Origin: an uncultured bacterium
GTDB lineage: Bacteria; Fidelibacterota; Marinisomatia; Marinisomatales; UBA1611
Direction: 5' to 3'
Length of the DNA: 64,000 nt
Assembly: GCA_913020665.1 (NCBI GenBank)
Contig: CAJVZI010000003.1
Span: 6,122 to 70,121, forward strand
Position numbers and translations under genes: made by a program. Position 1 is the first letter of the stretch. Every line of letters starts with the position of its first letter. Below, one piece after another: positions 31,108-39,586 of the stretch. The notes beneath the pieces were generated by a model. That model was not told where the DNA came from. It was given only the letters and a program-made list of their open reading frames with translations, and made no database searches.

Positions 31108-32592
31108 ATGAAGGCCGTATTCATATATCCCAACCAGTTGTTTGAGAATCATCCATCTTTATCAAGGAGTAGAAAGATATTCTTGGTGCAAGACCCTCTA
31201 TTTTTTTCTGATAAACAATATCCAGTGGCATTTCACAAAAAGAAAATACTTTTACATTTCCTATCAATGGATGATTACAGAGATAATCTGGTGGATAGAG
31301 GATATGATGTTGAAGTCATTGCGTTCAATAGATTGCAAACAAAAGATCATACGCAGAAGATCATTAAAGAATATGAACTGTCAGAGATACATATTGCTGA
31401 TGTTGTAGACTATACTCTTGAAAAAAGAATCAAAGATGCAGCTTCTAAATTAAATGTAAGGCTATATTGGTATAACTCACCGATGTTCTTGCTCAACAAG
31501 GATGAAGTAGAAAATGATTTTAGAAAAAAGAATTTTCACTTTATGTCCAACTTCTACAAAAAACAAAGACGCAGGTACAATCTATTGATGGATGATGAAG
31601 GTAAACCGGAAGGAGGGAAATGGAGTTTTGATTTAGAAAATAGAAAAAAATTACCAAAGGGCATTCAAATTCCAGCAATAACAAAATTTGAGTACAACAA
31701 TAATAAAATTTTACGTGGAAATAGATTTATTAATAAATATTTTAAAAATAATATAGGGACTTCCAAAGATTTCAACTATCCTGTAAATCACAAACAAAGC
31801 AGGTTTGCATTTGATCAGTTTTTAGAGCATAAATTTCAATTATTTGGTCCTTATGAAGATGCTATATCTAAGCACAACCATAGCTTATTTCACTCAATAT
31901 TAACTCCATATCTTAATATTGGATTAATTACACCTAAGGAAATAATACAGAAAGTTATGGACTTCTCAGGTCTTAACTCTATACCATTGAATTCTATCGA
32001 GGGGTTTCTTAGGCAGATAATAGGATGGCGTGAGTTCATTAGGGGTGTATATACTGTGGATGGCGTAAAACAAAGAACGAGGAACTATTGGGGTTTTACA
32101 AAGGCTATTCCAAAAACATTTTATGATGGAACAACAGGTCTTGAACCCCTAGACAATTCTATTTCTCGTTGCTTGAAACATGGATATGCACATCATATCG
32201 AGAGACTGATGATCTTAGGTAATATTATGATACTCTCTCGCTTTGATCCAGACTCTGTATATCAATGGTTTATGGAATTTTTTATTGATGCTTATGATTG
32301 GGTTATGGTACCAAATATTTATGGGATGAGTCAATTTGCTGATGGCGGTTTAATGTCTACAAAGCCATACATAAGTGGAAGTAATTACATATTAAAAATG
32401 AGCGACTATAAAAAGGGTAGGTGGTCAGGTGTCTGGGATGCTCTATATTGGGAATTTATCAATTCAAATAGAGAATTCTTTTTGAAAAACCATAGAATGG
32501 CAATGATGGTATCAATGTATGATAAAAAACCAAAAAATATTAGATCAGAGTATTCATTTATCTATAAAGATTATCAATTAATGATTAGTTAA
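31108..32592 (+). CDS. cryptochrome/photolyase-family protein of the COG3046 / prokaryotic (6-4)-photolyase (CryB/PhrB) type
   Basis: It shows IGWREFIRGVY, GYAHHIERLMILGN, FIDAYDWVMVPNIYGMSQFADGG and KPYISGSNYILKMSDY. Confidence 0.8.
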   Translation: MKAVFIYPNQLFENHPSLSRSRKIFLVQDPLFFSDKQYPVAFHKKKILLHFLSMDDYRDNLVDRGYDVEVIAFNRLQTKDHTQKIIKEYELSEIHIADVVDYTLEKRIKDAASKLNVRLYWYNSPMFLLNKDEVENDFRKKNFHFMSNFYKKQRRRYNLLMDDEGKPEGGKWSFDLENRKKLPKGIQIPAITKFEYNNNKILRGNRFINKYFKNNIGTSKDFNYPVNHKQSRFAFDQFLEHKFQLFGPYEDAISKHNHSLFHSILTPYLNIGLITPKEIIQKVMDFSGLNSIPLNSIEGFLRQIIGWREFIRGVYTVDGVKQRTRNYWGFTKAIPKTFYDGTTGLEPLDNSISRCLKHGYAHHIERLMILGNIMILSRFDPDSVYQWFMEFFIDAYDWVMVPNIYGMSQFADGGLMSTKPYISGSNYILKMSDYKKGRWSGVWDALYWEFINSNREFFLKNHRMAMMVSMYDKKPKNIRSEYSFIYKDYQLMIS

Positions 32593-32639
32593 AAATTTTA
32601 TATAATCTATTTGATTTAACTACAAACACCTAAGTAAAT

Positions 32640-32657
32640 TTGAGCGTAATAAGCGTT
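32640..32657 (-). promoter_or_regulatory. tandem 9-mer site e, reverse orientation (AACGCTTAT TACGCTCAA on the minus strand)
   Basis: This is a degenerate copy of the same motif, within the 203-bp non-coding gap. Confidence 0.35.
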
Positions 32658-32719
32658 ATTAAGACTGTAAAATTAAATATTTAAAGAATTAGGTTTACTT
32701 TATAACATCATATATAAGG

Positions 32720-32753
32720 GTCCCTGTGACTAAGTGGTGAGAGTCACAGGGAC
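32720..32753. other. perfect 12-bp stem / 10-nt loop hairpin (GTCCCTGTGACT ... AGTCACAGGGAC)
   Basis: It is a GC-rich perfect inverted repeat in an AT-rich gap. Neither side has a clean U-tract. Confidence 0.5.
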
Positions 32754-32795
32754 TAAAATAGTTCAAACAAATTTTATTACGATTACTTATATAAA

Positions 32796-33188
32796 ATGAC
32801 TTACAAAAACATTTACTGGTATTTTTGCATACTCATTTTTGTTCTAGGCCAGCCATTATTATTTATTGATTTTAATACAGGGGCGTCCATTTTCCTTGGT
32901 ATGCTCGCACCAGCAATTATGAGCTATATAAATATTCAATTAATTGAAAGATTGAGTAAAGAAAAGGGAAACCTAATGGCATTTGGTTTCAATATGATGC
33001 AATTTATCGTCAAATCTATATTTTTGTGTTCTCTTACATATTTAGGAGTCAAGATCATTAAACTTGATTTTAGGATTTTTGTACCTCTCCTTTGTTTAAC
33101 ATGGTTTGTTTTTCATTTGATCGAGGCATTCTTTACAAATAGCCTGATTAAGAAAAGCATAATAAATAGCGTAAAAACTGAATTGTGA
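32796..33188 (+). CDS. small four-TM membrane protein, unknown function
   Basis: It is a hydrophobic 130-aa ORF lying between motif sites e and d. Confidence 0.5.
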   Translation: MTYKNIYWYFCILIFVLGQPLLFIDFNTGASIFLGMLAPAIMSYINIQLIERLSKEKGNLMAFGFNMMQFIVKSIFLCSLTYLGVKIIKLDFRIFVPLLCLTWFVFHLIEAFFTNSLIKKSIINSVKTEL

Positions 33189-33211
33189 TATAAATGTATT
33201 ATTAATAATAT

Positions 33212-33229
33212 AATGCTCAAAACGCTCAT
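33212..33229 (+). promoter_or_regulatory. tandem 9-mer site d (AATGCTCAA AACGCTCAT), candidate auto-regulatory operator
   Basis: It sits 41 nt before the ATG of the MerR-like regulator gene. Confidence 0.4.
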
Positions 33230-33270
33230 AATATGTTTTAATTATTAAGAAATTAGGAGTATATTTAACT

Positions 33271-34155
33271 ATGAGATACCTCAGTTCTAAAGATGTCGCA
33301 GAAATACTAGGCATAAACATCTCAACTCTCAAACGCTGGACAGACAGTGGTGTATTGGAGTGTTCTAAAACAGCAGGTGGGCATAGGAAGTTCACTATGC
33401 AACATATTCGTAATTTCTATAAAAACAAGGGTGCCTCTGGAAGAAATAGTAATCTTGGTCTTGAAAATATCCAACATAAGAAAGTATATGATCTAATTAA
33501 CAAAAAAGATTTTAGTGGGCTTGCAAGAATACTAGCAGATGCCAGCTTGGAATCGGATGAGTTAAGTGTCAACACGGTCATAAATGGTGCTTATATGAAG
33601 GGAATCAACGTAGAGCTTATCTGTGATGAAATAGTTGAGCCTGCAAGTATGATAGTTGAGAACGCTCTTAGGCAAGGATACCTAAGTCATGTTGAAACAT
33701 TTATAAGTAGGAAAATGATGACACGTGTAGTAGAGGGTCTCAACCAAAATAAACCTAACGGTTCATTCAATGGTAAGACCGCTCTCTGTGTCAACTTTGA
33801 AGATAATTTACCTGACCTAGGTGTGGTTATGTCAGAAGTCGTACTTAGACATAATGGATATAATGTACTCAATACTGGATCTCATGCGGACCTTGGGAAT
33901 CTTCAAACAGTGATTGAAAAGAAGAGAGTCGACCTGGTTCTATTCTTTCTTTGTGATATGCAATGTTGTATGGCAACAGTAAAAGATAATCTAGAAAAAA
34001 CAGAAATAAAGACAAAAGAAATTACTGAATTAGCTAGGGAGCAAGGCGTTAAGGTATTGTTTGGTGGAACAGGCCTGCAGTTTTTACCAAGTGTTATCAA
34101 TTCAACAGATGCCACTTTTATAAAATATTCCGATCTCAAACAGATCATAGTTTAA
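33271..34155 (+). CDS. MerR-family HTH regulator fused to a B12-binding-like (helical bundle + Rossmann) domain; CarH/LitR-like architecture
   Basis: The N-terminus is a MerR/excisionase-type HTH (YLSSKDVAEILGINISTLKRWTDSGVL). The C-terminal GKTALCVNFEDNLPDLGVVMSEVVLRHNGYNVLNTG ... VDLVLFF segment follows the cobalamin-binding Rossmann pattern. Confidence 0.7.
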   Translation: MRYLSSKDVAEILGINISTLKRWTDSGVLECSKTAGGHRKFTMQHIRNFYKNKGASGRNSNLGLENIQHKKVYDLINKKDFSGLARILADASLESDELSVNTVINGAYMKGINVELICDEIVEPASMIVENALRQGYLSHVETFISRKMMTRVVEGLNQNKPNGSFNGKTALCVNFEDNLPDLGVVMSEVVLRHNGYNVLNTGSHADLGNLQTVIEKKRVDLVLFFLCDMQCCMATVKDNLEKTEIKTKEITELAREQGVKVLFGGTGLQFLPSVINSTDATFIKYSDLKQIIV

Positions 34156-34183
34156 CTTATATTAATCTACCTTTGTACTCCGT

Positions 34184-35524
34184 ATGATCGATCCAAGTAG
34201 GATTCGTACTCTCAAAGCTGGTGCGTTTGGTGGGAAAGCTGTCCTCTATTGGATGATCAGAGACAAGAGAGTATCAGATAATTGGTCTTTGCTTGTAGCG
34301 CAACAGATCGCTATAAAAAATAAGGTACCCCTAATTGTTTGCTTCCAATTTATCGGGAATTTCCCGGACTCAAACATCAGACAAAATGGATTTTTATTTA
34401 AAGGGCTATTAGAAACACGACATACATTACAAAAATTGAATATTGAGTTTTTATTTTTACAAGGTAGGCCTGAAAAAGTAATTAATCAACTAATTGAAAA
34501 GAGGTCTATTGGTACGGTCGTCGTTGATCATAATCCTTTAAATGTTTACCGTAAGAGAATAAAAAGGGTGATTGGTAAAACGGATATCCCGTTTTACCAA
34601 GTAGATGCTCACAACATTGTTCCATGCTGGAAAGCATCCGGCAAAAAAGAGTATGCGGCATATACAATAAGGCCAAAGATCAAAAATAATTTGAAGAGAT
34701 ATCTAACGGATATACCTCAGGTTATTAGACATCCTTATGGTACTTCACAAATGAAAGATCTATCACTAAATAGCCTTTTAAGTGGTATTGTCCAAGATAG
34801 CACAGTTAAAGAAGTCGATTGGGTCAATCCTGGTGAAATAGCTGCAAAAGATATCTTGAACAAATTAAAGACTACATTAAAAGGTTATAGCTCTAATCGA
34901 AATGATCCAACAAAAGCAGCATTAAGTGATTTAAGCCCCTATTTTCATTTTGGTCATATTGCTCCACAAAGAGTTGCATGGGAGATACATAAATCAAAAT
35001 TGCAAAAAGAGGACAAGGATGCATTTCTTGAAGAGATGATCATACGGCGCGAATTATCTGATAACTTTTGTGAATATGAACCAGAATATGATCAATTTGA
35101 AGGGTTCCATGCCTGGTCACAAAAAACATTAAATGAACACCGTAATGATGAAAGAGAATATATTTATCCATTAGGTCAATTTGAAGCTGCGGAAACTCAT
35201 GATGATTTGTGGAATGCAGCCCAGAATGAGATGAAAATTACTGGAAAAATGCATGGTTATATGCGTATGTATTGGGCAAAGAAAATATTAGAATGGACCC
35301 CATCACCTGAGATCGCTCAACAGATTGCTATCGATTTGAATGATAAATACGAGTTAGATGGAAGAGACCCCAATGGATATACAGGTATTGCTTGGAGCAT
35401 AGGTGGGATACATGACAGGGCTTGGTTTGAAAGGCCTATATTTGGCAAGATAAGATATATGAATTATAATGGATGTAAATCTAAGTTTGATGTCATGAAA
35501 TATATTGAAATGCATAACTCATAA
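34184..35524 (+). CDS. phr: class II CPD deoxyribodipyrimidine photolyase
   Basis: The N-terminus is class II-specific (IRTLKAGAFGGKAVLYWMIRDKRVSDNWSLL). The C-terminus shows GKMHGYMRMYWAKKILEW and DGRDPNGYTGIAWSIGGIHDRAW. Confidence 0.9.
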   Translation: MIDPSRIRTLKAGAFGGKAVLYWMIRDKRVSDNWSLLVAQQIAIKNKVPLIVCFQFIGNFPDSNIRQNGFLFKGLLETRHTLQKLNIEFLFLQGRPEKVINQLIEKRSIGTVVVDHNPLNVYRKRIKRVIGKTDIPFYQVDAHNIVPCWKASGKKEYAAYTIRPKIKNNLKRYLTDIPQVIRHPYGTSQMKDLSLNSLLSGIVQDSTVKEVDWVNPGEIAAKDILNKLKTTLKGYSSNRNDPTKAALSDLSPYFHFGHIAPQRVAWEIHKSKLQKEDKDAFLEEMIIRRELSDNFCEYEPEYDQFEGFHAWSQKTLNEHRNDEREYIYPLGQFEAAETHDDLWNAAQNEMKITGKMHGYMRMYWAKKILEWTPSPEIAQQIAIDLNDKYELDGRDPNGYTGIAWSIGGIHDRAWFERPIFGKIRYMNYNGCKSKFDVMKYIEMHNS

Positions 35525-35548
35525 AATGTCCAAATTGCAAAATACCTA

Positions 35549-36175
35549 ATGAATGATGAAGATCGATCACAGTTTTGGGAAGACATTTATCTAGCTGACG
35601 ATACAGGGTGGGATCTCAGTGGTCCTACACCTGTGTACGTAGACCTAATATCTAAATTGAAAAAAGGGGATGTTTGTATCATCGGCTGCGGTAGAGGATA
35701 CGATGCGGTCATGTTTGCAAAAAAAGGTTTTCATGTGACAGCAGTAGATTTTGCACCATCAGCGATCCAAGCTCTTAAGGAAATGGTAGCAGAGTCAAAA
35801 GTAGAGGTCAATGCCCTTCAGTTAGATATTTTCAGTCTGTTACCATCCTATCAAAATTCATTTGATTATGTAATTGAGCAGACCTGTTTTTGCGCTATAC
35901 ATCCAAGCCGTCGAAAAGAATATGAGATCCTAGTGCGAGGTCTTCTGAAAACGAACGGTAAATTAGTTGGTCTATGGTTTCCTCTTGATAAGCATATTGA
36001 TGAGGGAGGACCTCCCTATGGCACCACTGTGAATGAGGTAAAATCAATTTTCAATGATGGTTGGGAGGTTGTGAAAGAAGAATTTTCTGAGTATTCTATA
36101 AAGCCAAGGAAGGATAGAGAGAAATTGATCATATTTAAAAAAACAACTAATATTGATAAAGATCAAAATTTGTAA
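35549..36175 (+). CDS. TPMT-family (thiopurine/halide-thiol) SAM-dependent methyltransferase
   Basis: It shows FWEDIYLADDTGWDL and CIIGCGRGYDAVMFAKKGFHVTAVDFAPSAI. Confidence 0.75.
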   Translation: MNDEDRSQFWEDIYLADDTGWDLSGPTPVYVDLISKLKKGDVCIIGCGRGYDAVMFAKKGFHVTAVDFAPSAIQALKEMVAESKVEVNALQLDIFSLLPSYQNSFDYVIEQTCFCAIHPSRRKEYEILVRGLLKTNGKLVGLWFPLDKHIDEGGPPYGTTVNEVKSIFNDGWEVVKEEFSEYSIKPRKDREKLIIFKKTTNIDKDQNL

Positions 36176-36183
36176 AATATAGA

Positions 36184-38103
36184 ATGAGATATATATTGAT
36201 CACTATTTATTTGATCATTATAATGGGATGTGAAAAACAATCAGACCTACCCAATATAATTATCATTTTTACAGATGATCAAGGTTATGGTGATGTTGGT
36301 TGCTATGGGGCAGAAGGGTTTGTTACTCCCAACATTGATTCAATGGCAAAAGAAGGAATTTTATTTACTGATTTCTATGTTTCTCAGGCGGTTTGCAGTG
36401 CCTCACGTGCTTCTTTAATGACTGGGAGTTATGCAGAGAGAGTTGGAGTCCAGGGAGCGCTAAGCCCATGGAATGTTACAGGTTTAGATCCCGACAGAGA
36501 GACTATTGCAAAGCTTCTAAAACGGTATGGATATACCAATGCAATTTTTGGGAAATGGCATCTTGGGCATAAAGAAAAGTATCTTCCATTGCAAAATGGG
36601 TTTGATGAATACGCAGGACTAATTTGTTCCAATGATATGTGGCCTGTTGATTATGATGGTAATCCTCTTATTGGTGAAAAACGTAGCTATTATCCACCAA
36701 TGGCATTTTGGAGAGGAAATGAGCCCTCCGAGAAGATTGAATCCTTAAAAGACCAAGGAAAGCTTACCACAAAGATCACAGAACTTGCTGTGGATTTTAT
36801 ATCAAGAAATAAGAACAATCCTTTTTTCCTTTATGTCCCTCACCCAATGCCGCATCAGCCAATTGCGGTATCAGAAAAATTTGAAGGTAAAAGTGAATTG
36901 GGCTTGTATGGTGATGTGATAATGGAGATAGATTGGTCTGTTGGGCAGATCCTAGAAGCACTTAAAATAAATGAGATCGATGAAAATACTTTGGTTATTT
37001 ATGCTAGCGATAATGGTCCATGGTTGAATTACGGGGAATGGGGAGGTTCAGCTGGCCCGCTGAGGGAAGGTAAAGGAACAATGTGGGAGGGAGGAGCTCG
37101 AGTACCGTGTATTATGCGTTGGCCGAAAACAATCAATTCGGGACGGATCAATAATAAGATAGCGGCTACAATAGATATATACCCAACGATTGCAGATATC
37201 GTTGGTCATAAAAAATTTAAAAATAAGATTGATGGCGTAAGTCTGATGCCTATCCTTGAGGAGCTACCTGAGGCAGAGCCAAGGAATGAATTGTATTATT
37301 ATTATGGTAAGGAATTGATCGCAGTCAGAAAAGGAAAATGGAAATTGGTTTTTCCTCATACATATCGTTCGTATGAAAATGTTGAGCCTGGAAAAGATCT
37401 TCATCCGGGCCCTTATGGAAGGGGCAAGGCTGGATTAGAACTTTATGATCTTGCGAATGACATAGGTGAGCGTGTTGATCTGGCCCAAACATATCCTGAT
37501 GTTGTAATGGACCTAGAGATCTTGGGTGAAAAAGCACGTTCTATTTTAGGTGATAAATTGACAGATCGTATTGGTGTAGAATCATATGATGCTGTTTGTG
37601 GTTTTGATCCACCCCATGAAATACTTGAAAATTCAGCAGTTGGAAAAAGTATTTTAATGGAGAATTATGCGAATAAAAAATATCCTGGAGAGAGTAAAGA
37701 CGCATTGATAAATGGGTTAGGAGCTAGCATTAATTATCGTGACCCCTCATGGCAAGGCTTTGAGGCCGAAGATCTAATTGCAACAATCGATCTTGGTTCA
37801 ATAACAAAGATCAATTCTGTTAATGTTAGATTTCTCCAAGATCAAGTCGTATGGATCTTCTTACCAAAAAAAGTAGAGATTGAGCACTCTTTAGATGGTG
37901 ATAACTTTGATATGCTTTATGAATCATACCAAGATAATGATTTTAGCTTTGATCAAAATATTTATAATTATTTAGTTGAACCTAAGGGCATTGAGTCGCG
38001 TTATATACGAATAAAGGGTTACAACCTAGATCAATGTCCAGATTATCATCCTGGTGCAGGTAGGCCTTGTTGGCTATTTACAGATGAGATAATTATTAAT
38101 TGA
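36184..38103 (+). CDS. sulfatase (arylsulfatase-A family) with C-terminal F5/8 type C (discoidin) domain; lipoprotein
   Basis: It shows PNIIIIFTDDQGYGDVGCYG, the formylglycine motif CSASRASLMTG and GKWHLG. It has a lipobox (IIMGC). The C-terminal about 150 aa are discoidin-like. Confidence 0.9.
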   Translation: MRYILITIYLIIIMGCEKQSDLPNIIIIFTDDQGYGDVGCYGAEGFVTPNIDSMAKEGILFTDFYVSQAVCSASRASLMTGSYAERVGVQGALSPWNVTGLDPDRETIAKLLKRYGYTNAIFGKWHLGHKEKYLPLQNGFDEYAGLICSNDMWPVDYDGNPLIGEKRSYYPPMAFWRGNEPSEKIESLKDQGKLTTKITELAVDFISRNKNNPFFLYVPHPMPHQPIAVSEKFEGKSELGLYGDVIMEIDWSVGQILEALKINEIDENTLVIYASDNGPWLNYGEWGGSAGPLREGKGTMWEGGARVPCIMRWPKTINSGRINNKIAATIDIYPTIADIVGHKKFKNKIDGVSLMPILEELPEAEPRNELYYYYGKELIAVRKGKWKLVFPHTYRSYENVEPGKDLHPGPYGRGKAGLELYDLANDIGERVDLAQTYPDVVMDLEILGEKARSILGDKLTDRIGVESYDAVCGFDPPHEILENSAVGKSILMENYANKKYPGESKDALINGLGASINYRDPSWQGFEAEDLIATIDLGSITKINSVNVRFLQDQVVWIFLPKKVEIEHSLDGDNFDMLYESYQDNDFSFDQNIYNYLVEPKGIESRYIRIKGYNLDQCPDYHPGAGRPCWLFTDEIIIN

Positions 38104-38162
38104 TTATGTGCTTTAAGTATAGGATTTTCAGGGCCTTTAAATTTTAATTTAACTTTAATCCA

Positions 38163-38939
38163 ATGAATGCCGAATTATCAATTGCAAAAGATGCTGCTAT
38201 AGAAGCAGGTGGTTTAATTCTTTCATATTATAAGGCAGACTATGAAATAAAGGATAAGGGATACCATAACCCTGTTACGACCGCTGACCATGCCGCAGAT
38301 GCTAGATTAAAAGAAATACTTACAGGTAATTACCCTAATTATGGATGGCTATCTGAAGAAACTGTAGATTCAAAAGAAAGATTAGAAAGAGATAGGGTAT
38401 GGGTAGTTGACCCGCTTGATGGTACCAAAGAGTTCATAGAAGGGGTGCCGCATTTTGTAGTGAGTATTGCATTGGTTGAAAATGGACAGCCAATTCTGGG
38501 AGTATTATATAATCCCGTCACTGCTGAAACATTTACAGCTGTAAAAGATCAAGGAGCTTATTTAGATGGGCAAAAGATCAACTGCTCTGAAAAACAAAAT
38601 ATTAATGAAATGGTGATACTGAATAGTCGATCGGAAACGAAAAAAGGCCTATGGGAACCTTTTGATAGTACGTTTAAAGAATTGAAAGCCATCGGTTCAG
38701 TCGCATATAAGCTTGGTCTTACTGCTGCAGGTAGAGCGGATATTTTTGCTTCTCTAAGACCAAAGAATGAATGGGATATCTGTGCTGGGAATTGCATTAT
38801 AAATGAGGCCGGTGGTAAGTTGGTAGATCTCTATGGGAATGCCAGAGAATACAATAGCTCAAATACACTTATCACTCCAGGTCTGATAGCAGGCCAAGTC
38901 ACCGCAGTTGACAAAACATTTTCTGTACTAGGGCAATAA
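38163..38939 (+). CDS. inositol-monophosphatase family phosphatase (CysQ / 3'(2'),5'-bisphosphate nucleotidase-like)
   Basis: It shows WVVDPLDGTKEF and WDICAGNCIINEAGG. Confidence 0.8.
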   Translation: MNAELSIAKDAAIEAGGLILSYYKADYEIKDKGYHNPVTTADHAADARLKEILTGNYPNYGWLSEETVDSKERLERDRVWVVDPLDGTKEFIEGVPHFVVSIALVENGQPILGVLYNPVTAETFTAVKDQGAYLDGQKINCSEKQNINEMVILNSRSETKKGLWEPFDSTFKELKAIGSVAYKLGLTAAGRADIFASLRPKNEWDICAGNCIINEAGGKLVDLYGNAREYNSSNTLITPGLIAGQVTAVDKTFSVLGQ

Positions 38940-39577
38940 TGAATATTACACCAAAAGAAATTGAAGATTATTGTAAAGAATTTTCACTTCAAGACACTGA
39001 ATTATTATCTCAATTAACAACTAAAACTTGGGAAACAGAAGAGATGCCACAAATGCTATCAGGATCGCTGGTTGGAGGACTGTTGCAAATGTTAGTTAAG
39101 ATATCTGGGGCCGAGCGTATATTAGAGATCGGTATGTTTACTGGATATAGCGCATTAAAAATGGCAGAAGCGTTGCCCGAGAATGGTACGATTGATTGTT
39201 GTGAATTAATTGAAAAGCATATAAATACTGCAAAAAGTTGGTTTAATAAAACCAAACTAGGGGAAAAGATCACTGTCCACAAAGGCGCAGCAATTAAATC
39301 ACTGGATAAGTTTGAAGACCAAACATACGATCTATTATTTGTTGATGCAGACAAAAGTAATTATCCTAGCTATCATAAAAGGGGACTATCTTTATTAAAA
39401 GTAGGTGGTATTGCAATTTTTGATAATATGTTGTGGAGTGGCACGGTTTTAGAACCCAGCGATATCGATGCCATTGCATTAAGAGAAACCGCTGAACTGA
39501 TAAAAAATAATGATAGATTAGAACCCTTACTTATACCTATTCGTGATGGAGTGATGGTATATAGAAAATGTTATTAG
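38939..39577 (+). CDS. class I SAM-dependent O-methyltransferase (caffeoyl-CoA OMT-like)
   Basis: It shows ILEIGMFTGYSALKMAEAL, YDLLFVDADKSNY and GGIAIFDNMLWSG. Confidence 0.85.
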   Translation: MNITPKEIEDYCKEFSLQDTELLSQLTTKTWETEEMPQMLSGSLVGGLLQMLVKISGAERILEIGMFTGYSALKMAEALPENGTIDCCELIEKHINTAKSWFNKTKLGEKITVHKGAAIKSLDKFEDQTYDLLFVDADKSNYPSYHKRGLSLLKVGGIAIFDNMLWSGTVLEPSDIDAIALRETAELIKNNDRLEPLLIPIRDGVMVYRKCY

Positions 39578-39586
39578 AGATTTAAT

